Part shown: one piece after another, positions 30,383 to 40,911 of the stretch
Position numbering within the stretch: position 1 is the stretch's first letter
How the letters are laid out: each line of letters begins with the position of its first letter
Assembly (NCBI GenBank): GCA_963843575.1
Contig: CAWJKZ010000013.1
Coordinates: 416,001-480,000 of the forward strand
Origin: an uncultured Acidobacteriota bacterium
GTDB lineage: Bacteria; Acidobacteriota; UBA6911
Length of the DNA stretch: 64,000 nt
Direction of reading: 5' to 3'
Program-made: the position numbers and the translations under genes
The notes under the pieces: generated by a model
What the model was told of the DNA's origin: nothing
The model's input: only the letters and a program-made list of their open reading frames with translations
Database searches by the model: none

Positions 30383-30408
30383 GCGGCGCCGAGACGCCGC
30401 ACTCCATA
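30383..30408 (+). repeat. REP-like element
   Basis: GCGGCGCCGAGACGCCGCACTCCATA. Confidence 0.75.
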
Positions 30409-30466
30409 TTTTTCGGGGTTTTTCCGGCGACCGGTGATAAAAAAGCCGGGAAAAGGAGCGACGGCC

Positions 30467-31744
30467 ATGAACAGCAGGGGGAGGATTCTGGCGGCGTTGT
30501 CCCACCGCCCGCCCGACCGGGTACCGATCGACTTCGGCAGCACGGCCGTCACAGGCATGCACGTCAGCTGCGTGGCCGCGCTGCGGGACCACTACGGCCT
30601 GGAGAAGCGCCTGGTCAAGGCGCACGAGCCGTACCAGATGCTCGGCCTGATCGAGGACGACCTCAAGGAAGCGCTCCGCCTCGACGTCGACGGCGTCTCC
30701 GCCCCGAAGACGATGTTCGGATTCCCCAACCGGGACTGGAAGCCGTGGCGCATGCCGGATGGCCTGGAAATCATGGTCTCCGGGGACTTCCGCGTGACGA
30801 CCGCGGACAACGGCGACATCCTGATCTACCCGGAGGGAGACCTGGGCGTCCCCCCCAGCGGTCGCATGCCGCGCGATGGGTACTTCTTCGACACCATCAT
30901 CCGCCAGGAACCGATCGACGACGAGCGGCTCAACCCCGAGGACAATCTCGAGGAGTTCAAGCCGATGCCGGAGCAGGAGGTGCGGGAGCTAGCCGCCGCC
31001 GTGCGCGACTGCGCCGCCGGGGGCCGCGCCGTGATGGTGAACACGGGCGGGACCGCATTCGGGGACATCGCGCTGGTCCCGGCGCCTTTCCTGAAGCACC
31101 CCCGCGGCATACGCGACATCACCGAGTGGTACATCTCCACCCGCACGCGCCGCGACCTGATCCACCGTATCTTCTCGTACCAGAGCGAGGTGGCGCTCGA
31201 CAACCTGAAGCGCTTCAACGACGCGGCGGGGGACGCGGTCGATGCGATCTTCCTCTGCGGCACCGATTTCGGCACCCAGACGTCGACGTTCTGCTCGGTG
31301 GCCACCTTCAACGACCTGTACCTTCCCTACTACAGGAAGTTGAACGACTGGGTCCACGCAAACACGAAATGGAAGACGTTCAAGCACTCGTGCGGGTCCG
31401 TCGAACGCTTTCTCCCCTCGTTTATCGAAGCCGGCTTCGACATCCTCAACCCGGTGCAGTGTTCGGCCGCCGGGATGGACCCCGATCACCTTAAGAACGA
31501 CTTCGGCGACCGGCTCGTCTTCTGGGGCGGCGGGATCGATACGCAGCGTGTGCTGCCGTTCGGGACGCCCGGGGAAGTGCGCCGGCAGGTGCTGGACCGC
31601 TGCCGCATCTTCTCGCGCGGCGGCGGTTTCGTGTTCAACTCGATCCACAACGTGCAGGCGCAGACCCCCGTCGAAAACATCGTCGCCATGATCGACGCCG
31701 TCCACGAATTCAACGGCGACGCCAACTGGAGGCCCGGTTCATGA
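30467..31744 (+). CDS. Uroporphyrinogen decarboxylase/methylcobalamin methyltransferase (MtaA/CmuA-like) family protein
   Basis: PPDRVPIDFG, DFGTQ, KHSCG, LNPVQ, FWGGGIDTQ, HNVQ. Confidence 0.88.
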   Translation: MNSRGRILAALSHRPPDRVPIDFGSTAVTGMHVSCVAALRDHYGLEKRLVKAHEPYQMLGLIEDDLKEALRLDVDGVSAPKTMFGFPNRDWKPWRMPDGLEIMVSGDFRVTTADNGDILIYPEGDLGVPPSGRMPRDGYFFDTIIRQEPIDDERLNPEDNLEEFKPMPEQEVRELAAAVRDCAAGGRAVMVNTGGTAFGDIALVPAPFLKHPRGIRDITEWYISTRTRRDLIHRIFSYQSEVALDNLKRFNDAAGDAVDAIFLCGTDFGTQTSTFCSVATFNDLYLPYYRKLNDWVHANTKWKTFKHSCGSVERFLPSFIEAGFDILNPVQCSAAGMDPDHLKNDFGDRLVFWGGGIDTQRVLPFGTPGEVRRQVLDRCRIFSRGGGFVFNSIHNVQAQTPVENIVAMIDAVHEFNGDANWRPGS

Positions 31745-32772
31745 AAGCGCTGGTTCTACGGGAGTACAACCGCTTCACCTACGAAGACGTCCCCGTGCCC
31801 GACCCCGGCCCCGAAGAGGTGCTGGTCCGGGTTAAGGCATGCGGCATCTGCGGGAGCGACGTCCACGGCATGGACGGGAGTACCGGCAGGCGCATCCCTC
31901 CCCTGATCATGGGGCACGAGGCGTCGGGGCTCGTGGCCGGGCTCGGCCCGGGCGTCGACCGGTGGGCGGTCGGAGACGGCGTGACCTTCGACTCGACGAT
32001 TTACTGCGGGCGATGCGATTTCTGCAGGAGGGGCCTGATCAACCTGTGCGACAACCGGCGCGTCCTCGGGGTATCCTGCGGCGATTACCGGCAGAACGGC
32101 GCCTTCGCGGAGTACGTCGTCGTGCCGCAGAGGATCCTCTACCGGATCCCTGCAGGCGTGTCGTTCGTCCGGGCCGCCACGATCGAAGCTATCTCGATCG
32201 CGTTTCACGCGGTCGGGAGGGTGCCGGTGACGCTCAACGACACGGCGGTGGTGGTGGGAGCCGGCATGATCGGGCTTCTCATCGTGCAGTCGTTGCGGGT
32301 CGCGGGCTGCGGCAGGATCGTCGCGGTCGACCTCGACTCCTCCAGGCTCGATCTCGCCCGCAAGCTCGGAGCGGACGCGGTCCTCGACCCCTCGACGTGC
32401 GACGTCCGGCAGGAGGTGCGCGCCTTGACCGGGGGCAAGGGAGCCGACCTCGCGTTCGAAGCCGTCGGGCTCGGCGCGACCCTCCAGGTGGCCATCGCGT
32501 CGCTCCGGAAGGGCGGGGCGCTCAGCTTGGTGGGCAACGTCGTGCCGACGGTCGAGTTCCCCCTGCAGGAGGTGGTCACCCGGCAAATCTCACTGCACGG
32601 CTCCTGCGCTTCGTGCGGAGAGTACCCCGCGTGCCTGGACATGCTCGCCCGGGGTGCGCTCGACATCGACAGCCTGATCAGCGCGACGGCCCCGCTGGCC
32701 GAGGGCGCGGCATGGTTCGACAGGCTGTACCGGCGCGAACCCGGCCTCATGAAAATCATCCTCGAGCCGTAG
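31741..32772 (+). CDS. Zn-dependent polyol dehydrogenase (galactitol-1-P/sorbitol dehydrogenase-like)
   Basis: CGICGSD, GHE, structural Zn Cys cluster (CGRCDFC...C), GAGMIG. Confidence 0.92.
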   Translation: MKALVLREYNRFTYEDVPVPDPGPEEVLVRVKACGICGSDVHGMDGSTGRRIPPLIMGHEASGLVAGLGPGVDRWAVGDGVTFDSTIYCGRCDFCRRGLINLCDNRRVLGVSCGDYRQNGAFAEYVVVPQRILYRIPAGVSFVRAATIEAISIAFHAVGRVPVTLNDTAVVVGAGMIGLLIVQSLRVAGCGRIVAVDLDSSRLDLARKLGADAVLDPSTCDVRQEVRALTGGKGADLAFEAVGLGATLQVAIASLRKGGALSLVGNVVPTVEFPLQEVVTRQISLHGSCASCGEYPACLDMLARGALDIDSLISATAPLAEGAAWFDRLYRREPGLMKIILEP

Positions 32773-32869
32773 CACCGTCTTGGGCCGCGGCGGCCCGCCG
32801 CTGCCCAGGGATTCCTCTCATCGGGGCGGGGTCGGGCCGACCCCGCCCACCATGCGGAGAGCGCGAACA

Positions 32870-33658
32870 ATGGGGAATGGTCTTTTCGATCTGACTGGAA
32901 AAACGGCGATTGTCACGGGCACGAGCCGGGGGCTCGGCCAGTACTTCGGCCGCGCGCTCGCCAGGGCCGGCGCGGACCTGGTCATCACGGCACGCGACGC
33001 CGCGTCGCTCGAGCCGTTCCGGGCGGAGATCGAGACGCTCGGCAGGAGAGTGGTGCCGCTGGCGCTTGACGTGCGCGACTACGACAGCATCCAGCGCATG
33101 GTCGAGTCGGCCGTACGGGCGTACGGGAAGATCGACATCCTGGTCAACAACGCCGGCTGCAACGTGCGTAAGCCCGCCGTCGACATCACCTGGGACGACT
33201 GGAACCTGGTGCTGAACACGAACCTGCGCGGCACTTTTTTCGTCGCCCAGGCCGTGGCGCGGGTCATGATACCGCGCCGCTACGGGCGGATCGTCAACAT
33301 CGGTTCAGTCACGAGCGTCTTCGGCTACGCGGGGCTGGGCCCGTACACGGCGAGCCGCGGCGGCGTCAAGCAGCTGACCATGAGCCTGGCAGACGATTGG
33401 GGCGTCCACGGCATCACCGTCAACTGCCTGGCGCCCGGCTGGTTCAAGACGGCGCAGAACGCGGTGATGTACGAAAACGAGGAGTGGGTCAGCTATCTGA
33501 CCGATCGCATCCCGCTGAAGCGCCCCGGCAAGCCGAGCGACCTGGAGGGAGCCGTGGTGTTCCTGGCGTCCGACGCCAGCGAGTACATCACCGGCCAGAC
33601 GCTGCTCGTCGACGGCGGCATCACTACCGGCTCCACCCGGGCGCTGCCGAAGAAGTAA
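32870..33658 (+). CDS. SDR oxidoreductase (gluconate 5-dehydrogenase/KduD-like)
   Basis: TGTSRGLG, NNAG, YTASR (R in place of the usual YxxxK Lys), YITGQTLLVDGG. Confidence 0.9.
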   Translation: MGNGLFDLTGKTAIVTGTSRGLGQYFGRALARAGADLVITARDAASLEPFRAEIETLGRRVVPLALDVRDYDSIQRMVESAVRAYGKIDILVNNAGCNVRKPAVDITWDDWNLVLNTNLRGTFFVAQAVARVMIPRRYGRIVNIGSVTSVFGYAGLGPYTASRGGVKQLTMSLADDWGVHGITVNCLAPGWFKTAQNAVMYENEEWVSYLTDRIPLKRPGKPSDLEGAVVFLASDASEYITGQTLLVDGGITTGSTRALPKK

Positions 33659-33668
33659 TCGAACCCGA

Positions 33669-33726
33669 TATGGAGTGCGGCGGCTCGACGCCGCTTTGGG
33701 AGCGGCGCCTGGGCGCCGCACTCCAC
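33669..33726. repeat. REP doublet (inverted pair)
   Basis: TGGAGTGCGGCGGCTCGACGCCGC...GCGGCGCCTGGGCGCCGCACTCCA. Confidence 0.85.
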
Positions 33727-33789
33727 AAACACGGTGCAGGGCGCGGTCCTGAGGCGATCGACGCCGCTCCCGTCGGATCCAGGAGGGCT

Positions 33790-35472
33790 ATGAAACACTA
33801 TCTCCGGTACGCAGTCTTGGTGGCGGCCCTGCTCGGCACGGTTTCGTGCGGACGGCAGGGGCCGGTTTACGACCTGGTCATCGTCAACGGCCGCGTCGTC
33901 GACGGCTCCGGGTCGGCCGCGATCGACGCGGACGTCGCCGTGACGGGCGACACGATCGCCAGGGTCGGGCGGCTAGACCCGGCCGACCGCGACAGGGCCC
34001 GCAAGGTCATCGACGCCCAAGGGCTGACGGTGACGCCCGGGTTCATCGACATCCACACCCACTCCGACTACCCGCTCGTGGCCGACGGCACCGCCCAGAG
34101 CGCGATCCGCCAGGGAGTCACCACCGACATCCTGGGCGAATCGGATTCCGCCGGCCCCATCCAGGGGAAGGTCAGGAGGTCCGCGCCCTACGGCATCGAG
34201 GTCGACTGGCGCACGCTGGGCGAATACTTCCGGCGGCTCGAGAACCAGGGCGTGTCCGTGAACGTCGGTTCGTTCGTGGGCGCCACCCAGGTGAGGCGTT
34301 GCGTGCTGGGGGAGGAGAGCAGGGAGCCGACCCCCGCCGAAATGGCAGAGATGAAACGCCTGGTCGCGGAGGCCATGCAGGACGGGGCCCTTGGCTTGTC
34401 TTGCGCCCTGCTCGTGCCGCCGAACACCTACCACACGACACCCCAGCTGATCGAGCTGGCATCGGCCGTGAAACCGTTCGGGGGCCTGTTTCTCATCCAC
34501 ATCCGGACCGAGGGCGAAGGCATCGACACGGCCGTCAGGGAGGCGCTCGAGGTCGGCGAAAAGGCCCAGGTTCCGGTTGAGATTCTCCACCTCAAAATCG
34601 CCGACCGCCGGCTTTGGGGCAAGATGAAGGAGGTGTGCGACCTGATCGAGAACGCCCGCAGCCGCGGGATCCAGGCCTCCGCCGACCAGTACCCGTACAT
34701 CGCCGGCCAGAACAACCTGGTGGCGCTCGTGCCCCCGTGGGCAATGGAGGGGGGACGCGACCGCATGTTACGCCGGTTGAAAGACCCGGCCGACCGCCGC
34801 CGGATCGAGAAGGACCTGTACGCGGGCATCCCCGGCTGGTACAACCACTACCTCGCGATGAGCGGCTGGGAAGGGTGCCTGGTAGCCTCGGTGAAAACGG
34901 CGGCCAACAAGCCGTATGAAGGCAAGTCGGTGGCGGAAATCGCGAAGATGTCGGGTAAGAAACCGGCCGACGCCGTCTTCGACCTGCTCTTCGACGAGGG
35001 CGGTTCCGTCCCGGCCGTCTACTTCCTGATGAGCGAGGAAGACGTGCGCTACGCGATGAAGGTGCCGTGGGTCTCGGTCGGCTCCGACGGCTCGGCCGTC
35101 CGCCCCGACGGGCCGCTCGGCAGCGGCAAGCCGCACCCGCGCTGGTACGGGACTTTCCCTCGCGTGCTCGGCCGGTATGTGCGCGAGGAGCGCGTGCTGA
35201 CGCTCGAGGAGGCGGTGCGCAAAATGACCTCGCTCAACGCCGAGAAGCTCGGCATCGCGGACCGCGGCCTGCTGCGGGACGGGAAAAAGGCCGACATCGC
35301 AGTGTTCGACGCCGCCCGCGTCATCGACCGGGCGACTTTCGAGAACCCGCACCAATACCCGGCGGGCATCGAGTACGTGGTCGTCAACGGCGTCCCGGTT
35401 CTGGAGAAAGGGGAGCACTTGGGCGTCAAACCGGGGAAGATTTTGAGGAGGAAGAGGCAGTCCAGCGATTGA
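33790..35472 (+). CDS. N-acyl-D-amino-acid deacylase (amidohydrolase), lipoprotein
   Basis: Lipobox-like TVSC, PGFIDIHTHSD, GSDG, PHPRWYGTFPRVLG. Confidence 0.92.
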   Translation: MKHYLRYAVLVAALLGTVSCGRQGPVYDLVIVNGRVVDGSGSAAIDADVAVTGDTIARVGRLDPADRDRARKVIDAQGLTVTPGFIDIHTHSDYPLVADGTAQSAIRQGVTTDILGESDSAGPIQGKVRRSAPYGIEVDWRTLGEYFRRLENQGVSVNVGSFVGATQVRRCVLGEESREPTPAEMAEMKRLVAEAMQDGALGLSCALLVPPNTYHTTPQLIELASAVKPFGGLFLIHIRTEGEGIDTAVREALEVGEKAQVPVEILHLKIADRRLWGKMKEVCDLIENARSRGIQASADQYPYIAGQNNLVALVPPWAMEGGRDRMLRRLKDPADRRRIEKDLYAGIPGWYNHYLAMSGWEGCLVASVKTAANKPYEGKSVAEIAKMSGKKPADAVFDLLFDEGGSVPAVYFLMSEEDVRYAMKVPWVSVGSDGSAVRPDGPLGSGKPHPRWYGTFPRVLGRYVREERVLTLEEAVRKMTSLNAEKLGIADRGLLRDGKKADIAVFDAARVIDRATFENPHQYPAGIEYVVVNGVPVLEKGEHLGVKPGKILRRKRQSSD

Positions 35473-35565
35473 CGCTTCGGCAAGTGGGTCGCTTGAGCGG
35501 ACGCTGTGCGGCGCATCACATGCGCCGCCACCGAGCCGGGGTCAAGCGTCCGGGAAGCCCACTCG

Positions 35566-36910
35566 TCATCGCATCGATACGGCGCGGGCGTAGTGGTCGA
35601 TGACCTCCAGGACACGGTGCCGCACGAGGTCCTCGGGGTGGTTGCGCAGGGCGCCCTGGCGCACTGCCGTGTACTGCGCGGGCATGAACTGGCTCAGCAG
35701 GGTCAGCGGCGCGGGACTGTCGGCGAGGTTGCGCAGGAGCACGCCCAGCGCGCGCTGCACCTCGGGATGGGGCCAGTAGTAGCGGGACCGGTCGCTGTAG
35801 CTGTATTTCCGGGCGAAGGCGAGCTCCGCTTCCCCGCCGGCGTAGTAGCTGCGCCAGTGTGCCGGGTCCTGCACCATTACCGCCTCGAGAGTCTGCCTCA
35901 CCCCGGACAGCGGCCGCTTCCCCCGGCCCAGCCACTCCCGCTCCATTTCGGCGAGGGCGAACACCGCCTCCCGGAAGGCGAACGTAAGCCACGGTCCGAC
36001 CTTCAGGATGGCGAAGTGATCCTCGACCATCTGTTTCAGACCCTCCGGCTTCTGGTAGTCGGTCGAGTGCGCCTCGAACACCAGATGCCAGTCTTGCGCG
36101 ATGTAGTGCGAGAGCGGGCGGGCCTTCCCGCGGTCGTAGTCGAATATGGTGCTGTCGCCAAACTCGACCCCGGGTTGCACCACGACCCCGATCGTCCGCT
36201 CCCAGGCCTCGTCAAGTCCGCGGGCGCGAAAAGCGTCGTGGGCAAGCTCGAGGGTGTGGCAGACATCTTCCGCACGGGTGACCGAGGGGGGCTCCCCGGC
36301 GATCTGCTCGCCGCCGGGCTTGGGCACTTCGGTCCCGATGATGTACAGGGGCTTGGGAGAGCCCCCCGGGAGAGCCGCATGGGCGGCCTCGGCGGCGGTA
36401 CACAACTCGGCGGCCCTCGCCATCACGATCTCGTCCGGGAGTGGCGAGGCCCCGTCCCCGGGATCGTCCGCGCAGCGCATGCTGGTGTCGAGGTGGATCT
36501 TGACGTAGCCGGCGCGCACGCACGCGTCGACCAGCGCACAGGCCTTGGGCAGGGCCGACGTTCGCCGTTTCCTTCTGCCAGACGTGGGGGCCGAGATGGT
36601 CGCCCCCGAGTATCACACGCGCCGGGGGCAAACCGACCCCTTCGGCGAGTTCCCGGACGAACTGGGCGAACTGGGCCGGGGTCATCCCGATGTAGCCGCC
36701 GAACTGGTTGACCTGGTTGGAGGTCGACTCTATGCAGACGATCGTGTCGTCGGCCTTGGCCTGCTGCATGCCAGCTTCGAGCACGTGACGGTTGGCGGAG
36801 CAAAGCGAGTAGATCCCGACCGGATCGCCCGCTTTGTTCGACCTAACCGCTTCCAGGAGAAGTTCGGTGACTGTGCCGCGACGCGACGACAACCCTCGCA
36901 TACTTTTCAT
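35566..36910 (-). CDS. gatZ: GatZ/KbaZ-family tagatose-6-phosphate protein (frameshift near 36560)
   Basis: ESTSNQVNQFGGY, LGGDHLGP, KIHLDTSM, GTEVP.PGG, FEAHSTDYQ, SYSDRSRYYW. Confidence 0.92.
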
Positions 36911-36964
36911 AACGCCACGCTCCGAACGTGAGCCGTAGAACTCACCTCACCAGGCAGGCGCGCT

Positions 36965-37734
36965 TTACCGGGCGCGCTTGTCGCTGAAGACGATCTCGCC
37001 GAAGCGCTCGGGCCTGTGATAGTCCCGCCCGGTGGGGGACCAGGCCAGGCCGGCGCGCTCGGGGAGCTTCTCCACGCGGTACATGTTCATGCGCCAGCGG
37101 TCGCCGGGCTTCGGCGGGATGTTCGGGGCGGTCACGACATCTTCGAGCGGCAGCGCCATCTCGCACGTCCATTCCTTGTCGCCCGGTTTGCCGTCGACGG
37201 TCCCGTCGACCTGGATCGCCCACTGCAGCTTCTCGCTGTTCCAGCTCTCGTAGTGCAGCGGGACGCGGATGTCGAGCAGGTAGATGTCGATCATGGTGTC
37301 GAGCGGGTTGACCTCGAGCTCGATGTAGTTGCGCTTGGCCGGGTCTGCCTGGACGAAGACCTCGACGACTTCCTCCGTCCAGAGGTGCTCGTCTCTCTTC
37401 TTGAAGGTCGCCCAGATGTTGTCGTCGACGAACCTGGAGGCGAAGTAGATGAACTTGTCGTCGTAGAGGACCTTCGCTTCGGACTTGAGCGGGCTGGGCG
37501 CACCGTCGCGGTTGTTGACGAGCGGGCCGAGCAGGGGCGTCTTGGCCCATGCCGGGTCGTCGAGCTTGCCGTCGACGACGATCGGGATGTCGGTGCGCAA
37601 CACCTCGTAGACGGGGATCGGCGGCAATTCCACCGCGGGTTGGGGCTGTTGGGGTTGCTGCGGCTGCTGTGCCGCGGCCACGAGGCGACCGCGAGGGCGA
37701 TTCCCAAGAGGGACAGACGGCTACGTGCTTTCAT
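36965..37734 (-). CDS. Secreted CBM9-like carbohydrate-binding protein (frameshift near 37680)
   Basis: IVVDGKLDDPAW, YIELEVNP, WTCEMALP, WRMNMYR; the signal peptide MKARSRLSLLG is in an adjacent frame. Confidence 0.8.
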
Positions 37735-38859
37735 ATACGCTCCCGGCCGGAAGGGCGGTTTGGGGTGGACAGGACCATCCCCGTTCGTCTTAAACGGCCC
37801 GCGGTGATCGGCGGACGGCGCCGTGCCGGCGTGCCGCCCTGCTGCCGGAGGGGGGACAGGATCACCGCGGGCCGCACTGCAACCGTGCGCGGCCGGCTCA
37901 GCCGGGCCGGCGGGGCATTGCCCGCAGGCCAGTTCGCGGCGAAAAACCGGCGGCAGTACTCGCGGTCACGAAACGCCTCCGTCCCCCCGGGGCGCGTGGT
38001 GGAGAAACCGCCGGCGAGGTTGCCATAGGCCACGCAGGTTTCGAGGCTCGCGCCCCTGATGTACTGGTGGAGGAAACCGGCGTCGAAGCTGTCGCCGGCC
38101 CCGACGGGATCGATGGCGTCGACCTTGAACGGCGGGAGCGTGATCCGCTCGGCGCCGCGCCGCGCGGTCGCCCCGAGCCTCCCGAGCTTCACGGCCAGCA
38201 CCGGCACGAGCCGCGCGACTTTTTCGATCGCTTCCTCCAGGTCCTCGATCCCGGCGAACTTTTTGACCTCGCGCTCGTTCGGGAGGAGGATGTCGACGTC
38301 CCGCAGGACCTCGCCGGGGTCGATGTCCCAGCGGTCATCCGGGTCGTCGTTGGTGTCCAGCGAGGTGGTCAGGCCCGCTTCTTTCATCCGGCGGAACAGC
38401 TCCGGGATGCGGGGGCGCAGCGCGCGGTGCAGGAAATACGACGACAGGTGGAAGTGCCTAGCCGAGGCCAGATACTCCAGGTCGAGGTCCTCGAAACACA
38501 TCTCCAGCATGGTGCCGGGGTAGGTCAGGATGTTCCGGTACGCGGGCCTGGGGAAGGATGACGGTCAAGCCGGTGCTGGTCGGCCCGCTCACGCGCCGCA
38601 CCCGCGAGACATCCACTCCTCCGGCCGCGAGCCGTTCGAGCGCCCCATCGCCCAGCGCGTCGACGCCGATGCGAGAGATGAAACCCACACGGCTGCCGAT
38701 GACCGACAGGTTGTGGGCAAAGATCGCCGACGAGCTGCCCAGCGTCAGGGCGAGGCCGTCGGCCAGCAGCTCGCGCTCGGGCTCGAGCACCTCGGGCAGC
38801 CCGTAGAGGATCAGATCGAGATTCAACTCGCCGACTACGGTAAGGTCCAGGTCCGGCAT
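37731..38859 (-). CDS. PfkB-family carbohydrate kinase (frameshift near 38545; 3' end uncertain)
   Basis: VVGELNLDLIL, GSSSAIFA, DPVGAGDSFDAGF. Confidence 0.9.
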
Positions 38860-38869
38860 CGGGCGCCCC

Positions 38870-39940
38870 CTACTGGTTGAGTATCACGACACGGCTGAGA
38901 TTGCGCGGGTGGTCCGGGTCGAGCCCTTTCTTCAGCCCGGTGTATTGGCCCATGAGCTGCCCCGCGAAGGCGTAGGCGGGAACGCGGGCGAATTCGGGGA
39001 TGTCCATCTTCAGCTCGTAGAGCACGTCGGCCGCCCGGCGCACCCGGTCGTCGGCCTCGTTGACCACCACGAGGGTGGTGGCGCCGAGTTCCTTCATCTC
39101 CTCGAGCACCTCGCGCTCCGCGTTGTAGCCGGTCTCGGAGATCAGGAAGGTCAGCAGCATGCCGGGGCCCACGACCGATTTCGGACCATGCCTGAATTCG
39201 AGCGCGTGGTAGGCCTGCGCCGAGGAACAAGACATCTCCTTCACCTTGAGGTGACCTTCCGAAGCGAGCCCGAAAAGCGGCCCCTGGGCGAGAAACACGT
39301 AATCGGAAAACTTGGAGGCCGCGACCAGCTGGGCGATGCCGGGATGCATCGTCTCCAGGACGCGCTGGGCGGCAAGCGGCATGCGGTCGAGCGCCTCCCG
39401 ATACGCCGTGTTGCCGGTGGCCCAGGCGCCCAGGGCCTGTATCCCCAGCAACATCGAGGTGAACGAGCGTGTCATCACCGTGCTCTTCTCGTCGGCAGGC
39501 AGCAGGAACAGCGTCGAGGTCGCCATCGCGTCCAGGGGCTGCCCCTTGGCGCAACTGACGGCCAGGGTGCGGATGCCGCGCTTCGACTCGAGATACTCCG
39601 CCGCCCGGAGGACTTCGGATGTCGATCCCGAACGGGAGATCAATACCGGCTGGCAAGGCCTCGACAGGAGGAGGTCGGGGAACAGCAGAATCTCCGACGC
39701 CGGGACGGCCCGGGCCGGCAGGCCCGTCAGGTGCGTCCAGCTGGCCGCCGCAGCCATGGCGACGTAATGGCTCGAACCGCAACCGATGAACAGCCATTCG
39801 CCGCGAGGGGGGAACTGCTCGCAGATTTTCTCGAGCGCACGCTCCGCCTGGAGGCTGGCGAGTGACTCAGCCCAACAGCGAGGCTGCGACAGTATTTCAC
39901 CCAGGGTGTCGTTCCCCGGAGCCGGTTTGGAAAAATTCAT
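38870..39940 (-). CDS. SIS-domain sugar-phosphate isomerase/deaminase (AgaS/GlmS C-terminal-like)
   Basis: GCGSS, SRSGSTSE, VMTRSFT, LKVKE, EFRHGP, PDHPRNLSRVV. Confidence 0.9.
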   Translation of the reverse strand: MNFSKPAPGNDTLGEILSQPRCWAESLASLQAERALEKICEQFPPRGEWLFIGCGSSHYVAMAAAASWTHLTGLPARAVPASEILLFPDLLLSRPCQPVLISRSGSTSEVLRAAEYLESKRGIRTLAVSCAKGQPLDAMATSTLFLLPADEKSTVMTRSFTSMLLGIQALGAWATGNTAYREALDRMPLAAQRVLETMHPGIAQLVAASKFSDYVFLAQGPLFGLASEGHLKVKEMSCSSAQAYHALEFRHGPKSVVGPGMLLTFLISETGYNAEREVLEEMKELGATTLVVVNEADDRVRRAADVLYELKMDIPEFARVPAYAFAGQLMGQYTGLKKGLDPDHPRNLSRVVILNQ

Positions 39941-40013
39941 GAGTCAGTTCCTCTCGGTGTTTTGGCCGTGCGGCAGCCCCCCCTTCGTTCCATGGGCGCC
40001 CGCCAGGCGGCGA

Positions 40014-40775
40014 TCATACCTGTGTCACCTCGATCCCCGCTTCCTTGAGGGCGCGGAGATCGGTCTTCGAGACGCGGTTGTCGGTAATCGTGTGATGCAC
40101 CGCCGACGGGGGCGCGATCTGCGAAAGGCTGCGCCGCCCGAACTTGCTGGAATCGCACACCACCACCGTCCGACGCGCGATCTCGATCATAACCCTGTTG
40201 ACCTTCGCTTCGAGCAGGTTCGGGGTCGTCAGGCCGAACCGCACGTCGAACCCGTCCACCCCGAGAAACAGAAAATCGGCGCTCAGGCGCCGCAGGGTGT
40301 CCTCCGCCAGCGGGCCTACCAGCGAAAACGACTTCTCGCGGAGGATGCCCCCCGTCAGGATCACCTCTATGGACGTCCCGGCAAGCTCCGCCGCTATGTT
40401 CACGGCGTTCGTAATCACCGTCAGGTGCCGGAACTTGCGCAGCGCCCTCGCCACCGCCGTCGCCGTCGTGCCCGAATCCAGGATCACGGACTCGCCTTCT
40501 TCCACGAACCCTGCAGCCGCCTCGGCGATGCGCTGCTTCTCCACCCGGTGCAGCTTCTCCTTCTCCCGGAGGCTCGGATCGAGCAACGCCCCAACCTGCA
40601 ACGGCAGCGCACCTCCGTGCGTGCGGTGCACCAGCCCCTGACTGTGCAGGATTTCCAGATCGCTCCGGATCGTGACGTGCGACGTGTCGAACCGCTTCGC
40701 GAGGTCCTTCACGACGACGCGGCCTTCACGGTTGATCAGCTCAAGTATGGCCCTGCGACGCTCCTCGTTCAGCAT
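40014..40775 (-). CDS. agaR: DeoR/AgaR-family transcriptional repressor
   Basis: ERRRAIL...TIRSDL..L...RTHGGA, LDSGTT, DSSKFG. Confidence 0.88.
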   Translation of the reverse strand: MLNEERRRAILELINREGRVVVKDLAKRFDTSHVTIRSDLEILHSQGLVHRTHGGALPLQVGALLDPSLREKEKLHRVEKQRIAEAAAGFVEEGESVILDSGTTATAVARALRKFRHLTVITNAVNIAAELAGTSIEVILTGGILREKSFSLVGPLAEDTLRRLSADFLFLGVDGFDVRFGLTTPNLLEAKVNRVMIEIARRTVVVCDSSKFGRRSLSQIAPPSAVHHTITDNRVSKTDLRALKEAGIEVTQV

Positions 40776-40911
40776 GGGTTCACCGGTGGAAAGTTGTGAC
40801 GCAATCCCCTCCCCCCAGATGCTTTTTTTCTTCTTCTCTTTACTACCATTACTTTCGTTTGTCAAAGTACTTTTTCGAACCCGACAAGCCTCCAGGCGAG
40901 ACCGCCGGCGG

